Virus record (IMG/VR): IMGVR_UViG_3300010430_000003
Span: 146,327-210,326 of that record
Strand: one strand, 5' to 3'
DNA length: 64,000 nt
This document shows, piece after piece, positions 9,116-16,815 of the stretch. A program made the position numbers and the translations under genes. The notes beneath the pieces are model-generated. The model was not told where the DNA came from. It did not search any database and saw only the letters and a list, made by a program, of their open reading frames with translations. Positions within the stretch are counted from its first letter, which is position 1. Every line of letters begins with the position of its first letter.

Positions 9116-9302
9116 ATTTTTTAAAATGCCTAAAGAAGATTTGAGGACGAAAGCAATTATATTTAAGCATGGATTGATAATTATCATATGAACAGTAAAC
9201 ATCTTTCATTGAATAACATTCCAACGGTTCAAAGGGATAGGTAGGATGCCACCAATACCATATTAATCGGTTAGCAAGAATAGTATTAATATTTGAATTC
9301 AT
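9105..9302 (-). CDS. MNIN-family micro-ORF
   Basis: MNSNINTILANRLIW. Confidence 0.7.
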   Translation of the reverse strand: MNSNINTILANRLIWYWWHPTYPFEPLECYSMKDVYCSYDNYQSMLKYNCFRPQIFFRHFKKYGY

Positions 9303-9534
9303 TGATTTTCAACATATAATGTTCATACCATCTTTTTAACCACCGTTCACCACAATTAATAGGATCAGTATATTCTCTAAAAAATATCAAGAAGTGACTT
9401 CTACCTTTTCTTGGGTGACTTTCATAACCGACACCGGGAAAATTTCTATCACCTAAATTAAAATTGGGATTGCTAGGTGAATATAATTCCAAATATATTC
9501 GGCAGGCTAGAAGTTGATTGATGTTGGAATTCAT
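9286..9534 (-). CDS. MNIN-family micro-ORF
   Basis: MNSNINQLLACRIYL. Confidence 0.7.
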   Translation of the reverse strand: MNSNINQLLACRIYLELYSPSNPNFNLGDRNFPGVGYESHPRKGRSHFLIFFREYTDPINCGERWLKRWYEHYMLKINEFKY

Positions 9535-9540
9535 CGAATT

Positions 9541-9762
9541 TCAATTAGGGGAATGAAAAACAAAACAATAGTTAGGAATTGACCATATTGGTCCATCTTC
9601 ATAAACCCACGCATATGTTTCATTCCCTTCCATTATAAAGGAATCATATTGATATGTGATTTTAAAATCATGCCATGAAAACCATGTAGTTAAAAACTTT
9701 GCGGCAATGGCATAATTAATTTCTTGCGAGGTTGGATTATACTTTGGAAAGATGTTATACAT
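9541..9762 (-). CDS. MNIN-family micro-ORF with N-terminal extension
   Basis: ...SQEINYAIAAKFL. Confidence 0.55.
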   Translation of the reverse strand: MYNIFPKYNPTSQEINYAIAAKFLTTWFSWHDFKITYQYDSFIMEGNETYAWVYEDGPIWSIPNYCFVFHSPN

Positions 9763-9837
9763 CTGAACAAATCAGAATGATATAACAATTCCACAATTCT
9801 TTAACCCACTCATGTTCTTGAGGTGTTAAATCTTTCA

Positions 9838-10209
9838 TTATACTTCCGTAAGATTGCACATAATATCTTCTGCGAATCGCTTGTTGGAAATTACACTACA
9901 AATTTCAGTAATCTCATCACAAAAAACATCAAAAGCCTCTTCTCCTTCTTCCCAAAGATTGAGGAGAAGTTGGCTTGCTTCATTCCCAACAGATCGTGTG
10001 GGCCAAGCAATATCGTATGCTTCTAGGTGATCATGACCTTCATTCGCCGCATCAACAATAATTCGAGCAATGAGTTTAACATCGTCGAGCGATTTAATTC
10101 CAAATTCAAACGCTTCTACAGAACTTTTGTCTTGAATAGAATACGTTCCAAACTCCATATAAATGGGGAAAATATAATCAAGATATTCTTGTGTAGTTTT
10201 GATTTTCAC
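9838..10209 (-). CDS. hypothetical protein
   Basis: 123-aa acidic ORF. Confidence 0.55.
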   Translation of the reverse strand: MKIKTTQEYLDYIFPIYMEFGTYSIQDKSSVEAFEFGIKSLDDVKLIARIIVDAANEGHDHLEAYDIAWPTRSVGNEASQLLLNLWEEGEEAFDVFCDEITEICSVISNKRFAEDIMCNLTEV

Positions 10210-10390
10210 TTATTATTCCTCGCAGTTTCGTTTTGAGAAAATTAATCCAATTTGAATGCCAATTAATAGTTTCTATTGCTTGATAATATTCCCATGCGCA
10301 ATAACGCCGAGATTTCAGGTCAATATCATAATACTCTCCATCTCTAAAAAGCATAATAGCAATATATTGATTAATCATGGTGTCATTCAT
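10178..10390 (-). CDS. MNIN-family micro-ORF
   Basis: MNDTMINQYIAIMLF. Confidence 0.65.
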   Translation of the reverse strand: MNDTMINQYIAIMLFRDGEYYDIDLKSRRYCAWEYYQAIETINWHSNWINFLKTKLRGIISENQNYTRIS

Positions 10391-10391
10391 G

Positions 10392-10787
10392 CTAACTTGC
10401 TGATTCTAATGCCCAATAAACACACCGCCATAAATCTTCAACCCATTCTCGCTCATCTGCAGAAATGGCTTCATTGTCAGGATCAATTGCCATTCGGAAC
10501 CATTCGGGTTCAATATCTCCCCAACCTCTTTCTTCGAGCGTTTCATAAAAGGTTTGCAAGAAGATGTTTGTCTTTTCATTCATGTCAGGCTTAGGAACAT
10601 ACATCACCCATCGCTCTTTGGCAAAGAAAGCGAGTTTATCATTATCATTTCTTTTGCAATTAAAACCATTGGTTTCATGAACTTTTGTAAATTCAATTAA
10701 CATTGAACCTGATTCACCTTCATCAAGGGCAATAGAGAAAACATCACCAACTTCGAGATTTTCAAACTTTACTTTTTCCATTATCAT
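10392..10787 (-). CDS. hypothetical protein
   Basis: 131-aa ORF; KFENLEVGDVF suggests a small beta-barrel N-terminal domain. Confidence 0.55.
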   Translation of the reverse strand: MIMEKVKFENLEVGDVFSIALDEGESGSMLIEFTKVHETNGFNCKRNDNDKLAFFAKERWVMYVPKPDMNEKTNIFLQTFYETLEERGWGDIEPEWFRMAIDPDNEAISADEREWVEDLWRCVYWALESAS

Positions 10788-10845
10788 CCTTTTTCATAAG
10801 ATTTAAAATTACTTCTTCTTTTTTCATTTTAAAGCTCGCAAAGAT

Positions 10846-10919
10846 TGGATATCAACTGAGGGTTTCGAACCTTCATCCTCCCCATCACAGGGCACTTTAC
10901 CACTTAAGTTAAGTTGATA
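10846..10919 (-). tRNA. tRNA-His(GTG)-like RNA with shortened anticodon arm (pseudo-tRNA or mimic)
   Basis: TATCAACT/AGTTGATA acceptor, D-arm ACTT-AAGTGGTA-AAGT, loop CTGTGAT with only a 2-3 bp stem, T-arm GAAGG-TTCGAAA-CCCTC, then TCCA. Confidence 0.6.
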
Positions 10920-11006
10920 GACGGCAGGCAATCTTGTATCCTAGACAACGCCTGCCTAAGTTTAGTGTCTTTCAGCACTTCGCCACGTTTAAGTTGCATC
11001 ATTAGA

Positions 11007-11093
11007 TTAAAATCGTGCGTCCTTCCTTTAGACGACAGGAACATAAGAAAGAAAGTTCCCGGTGGGATTCGAACCCACATACATTGATTATTT
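11007..11093 (-). ncRNA. permuted tRNA-mimic module B (YrlA-like topology)
   Basis: T-arm GTGGG-TTCGAAT-CCCAC, then CGGGAAC, 12-nt loop, GTTCCTG (7-bp pair incl. one G-U), TC, D-arm GTC-TAAAGGAAG-GAC; flanks AATC/GATT can pair. Confidence 0.75.
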
Positions 11094-11161
11094 TGATGAA
11101 ACATTTGATGCGAAGATAACACTTGGTTGCTCAATTTTGGAGTAAGAATTTCATGTTAATA

Positions 11162-11249
11162 AAGAACTGACTGCTGCCTCTACCAATTGGGCTACCCGCC
11201 CCCAATTTATGGGCGGAGATGGATTCGAACCACCACTGACACAATCTTT
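11162..11249 (-). ncRNA. permuted tRNA-mimic module A (YrlA-like topology)
   Basis: T-arm GGTGG-TTCGAAT-CCATC, then TCCGCCC, 9-nt loop, GGGCGGG (7-bp pair incl. one G-U), TA, D-arm GCCCAATTGGTAGAGGC; flanks GATTGT/GCAGTC and AAAGA/TCTTT can pair. Confidence 0.8.
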
Positions 11250-11276
11250 AGTTGACAAGAAACTTGAGCTTGCTAT

Positions 11277-11310
11277 GTGCCTGCACCGATCTTTCGGTGG
11301 TCTTAGGCAC
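11277..11310 (-). other. GC-rich stem-loop immediately after the stop of 11318-12058
   Basis: GTGCCT...CACCGA-AAGA-TCGGTG...AGGCAC; no U-tract, so not a classic intrinsic terminator. Confidence 0.65.
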
Positions 11311-11317
11311 ACTCCAT

Positions 11318-12058
11318 TTATTGTCCGAAGACAAAGTTGAAAAGTTTATCACCAATCTTCTTGGTTTCCACTTCTGTTTCATTTGCATTGCAGCGAGCTT
11401 CTTTAACTGCAATTCGCAGTTTTGCAATCTTTTCAGTCCATGCTCGCTTTTGATTTTGTGTAATCCCTCCATGTTGCTGAATGGCAGTCCATACACCTTG
11501 GATCACATCTTCAGTGATAAGTTGTGTTTGCGCCGGATGTTCGGGAGTTGCATCGTAAAGGACAATTGCTCTCTGTACCTTTTTGGTGGAGTTTCGATGT
11601 TCCGGGTTGGAAACAAAGATCTTTTCATTGCTTGAGGATGGTGTCCATTCTCGATCTGTTCCCAACACAGGTGCGTGTCGAACAAATGTTTCAAGGTCTT
11701 CAAATTGCTTCTCAAGGAATAGCAATAGAGATACAGGACAATCGTGTACCAACGTCTCGCCTTCTACAACGATATCAGAAGAAGCCTTTACGTTACCATA
11801 GTCCTTAGACGCTGTGAGGTCAATAAGGCGCACTGTTGCCTCTTGAAAGTCTTCTACGGCGTCTTGCACCGTCATTTGAACCCTTGCTACTTCATCTGGC
11901 AATTGTTCGCCTTCTTCGTCCTTTGGTTCATATTTCCGAACCATGCCAGTGAACAGGGCTTCCTTTTGGAGTTTCTTATACAGTTCAGTCCTTGTCCTTT
12001 CAAGGCGTTTCTTTTCTGAACTTTCGACGGCTACAATTTGATGCAGTTTGCTTGACAT
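11318..12058 (-). CDS. conserved uncharacterised coiled-coil protein (MxKLxQIxAVE family)
   Basis: Motifs KLHQIVAVE, YEPKDEEGEQLP, LLFLEKQ, KKVQRAIVLYDATPEHPAQ match a family I recall from bacteria and phages; accession not verified. Confidence 0.75.
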   Translation of the reverse strand: MSSKLHQIVAVESSEKKRLERTRTELYKKLQKEALFTGMVRKYEPKDEEGEQLPDEVARVQMTVQDAVEDFQEATVRLIDLTASKDYGNVKASSDIVVEGETLVHDCPVSLLLFLEKQFEDLETFVRHAPVLGTDREWTPSSSNEKIFVSNPEHRNSTKKVQRAIVLYDATPEHPAQTQLITEDVIQGVWTAIQQHGGITQNQKRAWTEKIAKLRIAVKEARCNANETEVETKKIGDKLFNFVFGQ

Positions 12059-12110
12059 TTCAAACCTCTCTTGTTTTGATAAGTTTCAGTTTCATAATCT
12101 TGATAATAAA

Positions 12111-12138
12111 ATTATATTATTTTTTGAGCAAATTTCAA
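12111..12138 (-). promoter_or_regulatory. sigma70-like promoter TTGAAA-N16-TATAAT for the 11318-12058 gene and RNA cluster
   Basis: Hexamers read directly upstream of the gene. Confidence 0.65.
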
Positions 12139-12148
12139 TGACAATATA

Positions 12149-12409
12149 TTAATATCTTCTATTGGCATTGGCAATAATGATAGGACATGAGATCATTTCT
12201 GAATATGAAGAGGACTTGAAAAAAATTAGGTGATAATACCAGAAAATATCTCTTTTTTGAAATTTAGCCCAACCAGTTAAATTTCTTAATAAGAAGAAGT
12301 CATGATTTAAAGGTCGCAAACAAAAAATACTATAAATACTATATGATGATAAAACGGTGTTTTGCAATACACAATGAGCAATATATTTATTCACATAATG
12401 GTTATTCAT
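12149..12409 (-). CDS. MNIN-family micro-ORF
   Basis: MNNHYVNKYIAHCVL. Confidence 0.65.
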   Translation of the reverse strand: MNNHYVNKYIAHCVLQNTVLSSYSIYSIFCLRPLNHDFFLLRNLTGWAKFQKRDIFWYYHLIFFKSSSYSEMISCPIIIANANRRY

Positions 12410-12629
12410 AATTAACAGTTTTTATTTCACCATCCTTTGTGTCAAGCCAGTCCCACAGTCGATCATCACCACGCATTATTACCAAATACGGATCAATCCA
12501 ACCACATGTTAATTCTCCATATGTTCTAGCAACACAATAAGAATGAGTGTATTCCATGATTTTAAAAGTAAACATGGAACGAATCATTCTTGTAAGAAAC
12601 ATTTTATATATTTCTTTATTTAAGTTCAT
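12402..12629 (-). CDS. MNIN-family micro-ORF
   Basis: MNLNKEIYKMFL...GWIDPYLVIMRGDDRLW, similar to 5764-6006. Confidence 0.7.
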   Translation of the reverse strand: MNLNKEIYKMFLTRMIRSMFTFKIMEYTHSYCVARTYGELTCGWIDPYLVIMRGDDRLWDWLDTKDGEIKTVNYE

Positions 12630-12648
12630 GTCTTCATCTCTTAAATAA

Positions 12649-12676
12649 ATTATACTGTTTTCTGTACAGAATTCAA
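12649..12676 (-). promoter_or_regulatory. sigma70-like promoter TTGAAT-N16-TATAAT with palindrome TCTGTACAGA in the spacer
   Basis: Read directly; compare TCTGCACAGA in the 7715-7742 promoter. Confidence 0.6.
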
Positions 12677-12891
12677 GAACAGTATTTTATCAAACGGTGT
12701 AATGTATCGTCTTTAATAATTCTCGCCCACTCGTTTTGGTCTTTAATGTGAATTGAGGCGAACTTAAATCTTGTGTAAGGTCTTACCTTATCACTTTCGA
12801 GATGGGAGAAAATTCCGTAGAACTGGAAGACTTCGGAATAATAAAAATCTGCAAGAATATATCCTCTTGCTATTTGATTGACATTCATCAT
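12673..12891 (-). CDS. MNIN-family micro-ORF
   Basis: MMNVNQIARGYILADF. Confidence 0.65.
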   Translation of the reverse strand: MMNVNQIARGYILADFYYSEVFQFYGIFSHLESDKVRPYTRFKFASIHIKDQNEWARIIKDDTLHRLIKYCS

Positions 12892-13094
12892 CTTCTCTTT
12901 ACAATGGTGAGGTCTTTCGAATCAAAGAAAGGTATGGTTCCATATAATCTTTTAATCATTTCTTCATAATCTACACTGCGAACTGAAAAGGAAATTCTAT
13001 CACAGTTTAGATGATTTGTAAAACTATATAAAATTTGAGGTTCTGCCATAAGAATAAATCTGGCGATTTGCACGTTAATTTTAACAGCATTCAT
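12888..13094 (-). CDS. MNIN-family micro-ORF
   Basis: MNAVKINVQIARFIL. Confidence 0.65.
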   Translation of the reverse strand: MNAVKINVQIARFILMAEPQILYSFTNHLNCDRISFSVRSVDYEEMIKRLYGTIPFFDSKDLTIVKRR

Positions 13095-13528
13095 ACTTTA
13101 ATCTTTTCTGCTGCTCTATGAATTCTCTCCTCAAGATGATCATGGTCTTCATCTAAATCAAGAATAATTCCTTCTAATTCCTTCTTCTTTGTTCTCAACC
13201 TCTTTATTTCTTTTGCCCTTCGATCAAGAAGAATTGTGCGATACCACATATCCCTTTTTGGAACATAAACTTCTTTTTCTTCACCATCAATGAATCTTAT
13301 TGTATGGGTATGAGGAATGACTTCTTCGATTTTTTCCCATTTGTAATAATTACATGTTTTTTGTTTCTTTGTTTGCTGAATATCCCAAACAGGCGAATCA
13401 TGATCAAGATCAGCTATAGCAACTTCCATATCTTTTTGCCAAAGATATTCAATTATGGAGTAATTGAATAAAATAGATAATCCAAGCGCAGCGGCGAAAA
13501 CTGCAATTATGGCTATAATGAATAACAT
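13091..13528 (-). CDS. membrane-anchored hypothetical protein
   Basis: N-terminal TM helix, C-terminal coiled coil. Confidence 0.6.
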   Translation of the reverse strand: MLFIIAIIAVFAAALGLSILFNYSIIEYLWQKDMEVAIADLDHDSPVWDIQQTKKQKTCNYYKWEKIEEVIPHTHTIRFIDGEEKEVYVPKRDMWYRTILLDRRAKEIKRLRTKKKELEGIILDLDEDHDHLEERIHRAAEKIKV

Positions 13529-13536
13529 TTATACCC

Positions 13537-13956
13537 TTAATGGTTTGGGAAATCATTTAAATTGAAATCTTTAAAATCAACTAAATCTAAAGAAGAAATA
13601 GACACTTTTTTATTCAATGGTTTTCTCATTCGATTTCCACGTTTATCATATAAAACACGAACTTCCACAATTTGTTCTTTATCATTTGTACAGGTATACC
13701 ACCAATGCTGATTTTGTCTTACATAAGCTTCCCCAAACCATCTTGCTTTATGGTTACTTCTAACCTCTTGACCCCACACTAAAGGTTTGTGTGGAATCCT
13801 TTTCAGAGAGGAAACAGCATAACTTAATTCAGATTCTATATCATGTGATATGAGAGTGTATTGGAATTCGCATGACCGATTATTTGAAACCCACCTTTCT
13901 CCAAGAAATCCTCTTTCATACATTAAAAATGTATACGCAACCTTTTTATTAATCAT
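13537..13956 (-). CDS. MNIN-family member with extended C-terminus (139 aa)
   Basis: MINKKVAYTFL. Confidence 0.55.
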   Translation of the reverse strand: MINKKVAYTFLMYERGFLGERWVSNNRSCEFQYTLISHDIESELSYAVSSLKRIPHKPLVWGQEVRSNHKARWFGEAYVRQNQHWWYTCTNDKEQIVEVRVLYDKRGNRMRKPLNKKVSISSLDLVDFKDFNLNDFPNH

Positions 13957-14147
13957 TTAAATTTAATCAATTTTGAAGAACTGTGTGTTAAAAATGTATG
14001 TACATTTTTATACATAATGTCAGACATATACTTACGAGTAAGAGTTGTATGACTAATTGTCAATCTACCGGGACTTGGAGTTGACGACCAAATATATTCC
14101 CACTCTGATGAGATCATCATGAAAGCCACTTGAAAATTAATTTTCAT
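13953..14147 (-). CDS. MNIN-family micro-ORF
   Basis: MKINFQVAFMMI. Confidence 0.65.
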   Translation of the reverse strand: MKINFQVAFMMISSEWEYIWSSTPSPGRLTISHTTLTRKYMSDIMYKNVHTFLTHSSSKLIKFK

Positions 14148-14346
14148 TTTGAGTCAATCTCAAATTATTTGTATATTCTTGCATAAAATGCATCATATAT
14201 ATCTCGAAAAAGGTAGAGGAATGATTAGTGTAGAGAAAAGAAATAGAGTGCTCCAAAAAGAGCTTTGAACCAGCCATCGCTACATTATGATGATTCGAAT
14301 GAAATGTTATAGAATACATTACTTTTATTCGAATTATCTTATTCAT
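14137..14346 (-). CDS. MNIN-family-like micro-ORF
   Basis: MNKIIRIKVMYSI; same composition and coupling, motif weak. Confidence 0.45.
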   Translation of the reverse strand: MNKIIRIKVMYSITFHSNHHNVAMAGSKLFLEHSISFLYTNHSSTFFEIYMMHFMQEYTNNLRLTQNEN

Positions 14347-14352
14347 CTGAAT

Positions 14353-15420
14353 TCACACCCACGCAGAGGTATATAGAGAACTTGCATAGCCTCTTCGTGT
14401 GAAGGTAACCTTTACACCCTCTTCAGAAAGATAGGTATATGTGTATTTGTCATCATTGATATCAGAAAGATTGGAAGGATATAGAATGACTGACTCACTG
14501 TGACCCCAATAACCTTCTCGAACATCTTCAGCTTTTTCATTCCATTGAAGAAAGATATCTATCTCTCCATTAAAAATATCTCCGTAATGTGATGTCTCAC
14601 GGTAAACTCGCCCGTCTTTCTCAGCAAGAATTTTGTAACTATATTCTTGATTGCCAAAGGAAACGTTCAACATGTCCAAAACTTCTTTGGCAGTTTCATT
14701 ATATCGGTTCATTTCTTCAACCATTGCTTGAAGCATATCAAAGTTGAATTTCCCGTTAATTTTTGCAAGGCGAAGAATTGATTTAATTTCATTCTTATCA
14801 TTAAGGCGTTCATTGCAATATTCGAGAATCGCATCTTCTTCCAAACCTTTATAGTCAAGGTTATAAAACAAGCGACCGGGGCGATTATTCATATTTTTAT
14901 CAATGCCCCATTTATCATTGGCAGTCAAAAGAAACAGTCTTTTTCCTGTGAAAACTCCATCAAGAAGAGTTAGCATTGCTTCCTGTTCTTCCTTGTTATA
15001 AACCTTTTCAAATTCATCAAATAGAACAACAGCAGGTTCATCAATTGACGCAATGAAAGAGTTAAAGATCTCTCCGTGAAGAGCACCATTAACAACAATT
15101 GTTGATACCCCTTCTTGAGCCAATGCCACACTAATTTTCTTGGCAAGGAGGCTTTTGCCAGATCCCTTTTCACCAACCATTAATACTCCTGTACTTTCTG
15201 TACGAGAGTTAAATGTATTGATAATTCTGTCAGAGCGATCACAAATATTGCCATAAAACTTTTCAGGGAGTATGAAATCACTCATCTCTTCCAGATAGTA
15301 TTCACCTGAAATTGGATTAAACTTAACTAGATAGTTCCCGACGGGCAGCTTCTTGCGGATATCAATTGCACTATCAGGAGTTACTATAAAAGTGTTACCA
15401 TTCTTGATGTAATTTGTCAT
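14353..15420 (-). CDS. AAA+ family ATPase
   Basis: Walker A GEKGSGKS, Walker B VLFDEFEK, LLTAN sensor, RPGR arginine finger; likely start MTNYIK. Confidence 0.9.
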   Translation of the reverse strand: MTNYIKNGNTFIVTPDSAIDIRKKLPVGNYLVKFNPISGEYYLEEMSDFILPEKFYGNICDRSDRIINTFNSRTESTGVLMVGEKGSGKSLLAKKISVALAQEGVSTIVVNGALHGEIFNSFIASIDEPAVVLFDEFEKVYNKEEQEAMLTLLDGVFTGKRLFLLTANDKWGIDKNMNNRPGRLFYNLDYKGLEEDAILEYCNERLNDKNEIKSILRLAKINGKFNFDMLQAMVEEMNRYNETAKEVLDMLNVSFGNQEYSYKILAEKDGRVYRETSHYGDIFNGEIDIFLQWNEKAEDVREGYWGHSESVILYPSNLSDINDDKYTYTYLSEEGVKVTFTRRGYASSLYTSAWV

Positions 15421-15433
15421 TGTTTGTCCTTTT

Positions 15434-15826
15434 TTATAAACAATATACTTGTGATTCTTGGTTAGAAGCTGTTGAGTCAAAAATGAATGTCTCGCCATTA
15501 TCCCAACGAGTATCTCTCAAATACCGATCCACTTCTTCATCAATAAGCAAATCGTTAGGCACAACAGAGAGGTATTTTGCGATATCCACAACCTCTTTAT
15601 TCTTTAAGGCTCCTTCCTCAATTTTCTCTAATCCATTATAGGACCAATGATTTTGATGTAAAAGATAGTGTGTTGGAATCATCGCGTTGATTAATTCACA
15701 AAGCTTAACTTTATTGCTTGTTAGGGCACTATTGCCATTATTAGAAGCATATTGAATGCTCCGAAGAATTCCATTCCAAGTATAATAAAAATCATTGTCG
15801 CCGGTTACGATTGCAAGCTTTTTCAT
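15434..15826 (-). CDS. hypothetical protein
   Basis: 130-aa ORF downstream of a promoter. Confidence 0.55.
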   Translation of the reverse strand: MKKLAIVTGDNDFYYTWNGILRSIQYASNNGNSALTSNKVKLCELINAMIPTHYLLHQNHWSYNGLEKIEEGALKNKEVVDIAKYLSVVPNDLLIDEEVDRYLRDTRWDNGETFIFDSTASNQESQVYCL

Positions 15827-15846
15827 ATATCTCCTTTGTTGGAAAT

Positions 15847-15874
15847 ATTATATTAAAATTTGAACGAAAAACAA
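15847..15874 (-). promoter_or_regulatory. sigma70-like promoter TTGTTT-N16-TATAAT
   Basis: Perfect -10; TTG at the same offset as the other promoters. Confidence 0.5.
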
Positions 15875-15884
15875 CAAAACAATA

Positions 15885-16121
15885 TTAATGAAAAGCTTTA
15901 TAAGAAAGCTCGCAGAAAAGACCTTTATGAGTACAATGATACATGGTGGGTTTTTTAAGTTTATTCATCATCTTTATTCTTGAAGATCTGTCACATAGAT
16001 ACTTGGAATGAATTTCAAATGAATGATGTTTGATCAATCCGAAGTGCGTGAAATGGTTCCAATCAAAATCGTCATGCATGAAAAACCCTGCAATCATTAA
16101 ATTAATGTAATTCATTATCAA
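15885..16121 (-). CDS. MNIN-family micro-ORF (DFDW subgroup)
   Basis: INLMIAGFFMHDDFDWNHF. Confidence 0.7.
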   Translation of the reverse strand: MIMNYINLMIAGFFMHDDFDWNHFTHFGLIKHHSFEIHSKYLCDRSSRIKMMNKLKKPTMYHCTHKGLFCELSYKAFH

Positions 16122-16305
16122 ACTGTCTCATTGCATGGATGCAAACTCTAATTGAACTGTGCAAATATCCCTCATACCATTCAATAAATGTTGTATATCG
16201 ATGATCTGATATACAAGAACCTTCTCTAGCAGAGTTGTTCTTAATATCAGGAAGTTCGTAATCTAATACAAAACAATTGGAGACCAACAAGTTAATGTGA
16301 TTCAT
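16102..16305 (-). CDS. MNIN-family micro-ORF
   Basis: MNHINLLVSNCFVLDY. Confidence 0.7.
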   Translation of the reverse strand: MNHINLLVSNCFVLDYELPDIKNNSAREGSCISDHRYTTFIEWYEGYLHSSIRVCIHAMRQFDNELH

Positions 16306-16508
16306 AACCCTTTAAATAAAACTTCATGTTTTGGATATTTATCTTTTATAAAGGAATACATTGAGAACTTTTCAGGCATTAGATACAAGCTTTCTCTTTG
16401 AGAAAAAGGTATAACCTCCTTATTGACACGGAAGTGAATCCAATCAAAATCATAATTTATAAAATATATACTTATCATTAAATTGATATTATCAATCTTG
16501 GCTTTCAT
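16302..16508 (-). CDS. MNIN-family micro-ORF (DFDW subgroup)
   Basis: ATG at 16508, MKAKIDNINLMISIYFINYDFDWIHF. Confidence 0.7.
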   Translation of the reverse strand: MKAKIDNINLMISIYFINYDFDWIHFRVNKEVIPFSQRESLYLMPEKFSMYSFIKDKYPKHEVLFKGL

Positions 16509-16815
16509 TGTCCCTCCATGGCAAAGGGTCAAATGTAGCCCAAGGTCTTTCCGCTTTAAGCAGCTCGTGAAGTTCTTCAGTATTTTGTTCAGCAATTTCC
16601 CTTGCCACCTTTAAGTCTTTTTCCAAGACCTTGATTCTGATTCCAGAAGATTGTTTATATTTGTTGTAATCATTTTCAATTTCATTGTGAACTCGAATCA
16701 TTTCATGCCAATTAACGACGGCAGCAACAAAATGCCCTCTCAATTCATCCTCAGACATATTATTAGCATCATTTTGAGTTTCTTTTAATAACTTGTCATA
16801 TTCTTCATCAGTCAT
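16492..16815 (-). CDS. coiled-coil hypothetical protein
   Basis: 107-aa helical ORF. Confidence 0.55.
   Translation of the reverse strand: MTDEEYDKLLKETQNDANNMSEDELRGHFVAAVVNWHEMIRVHNEIENDYNKYKQSSGIRIKVLEKDLKVAREIAEQNTEELHELLKAERPWATFDPLPWRDNESQD

Noticed and set aside
10995-11042. Ochre suppressor tRNA (TTA anticodon in TTTTAAT after the module B D-arm)
   Set aside because: CACGA has no complementary strand after the loop and no T-arm follows; the matching 3' half lies upstream.
11053-11201. One intron-containing tRNA made of the module A 5' half and module B 3' half
   Set aside because: GGGCGGG does not pair with CGGGAAC; each half pairs with the partner in its own permuted module.
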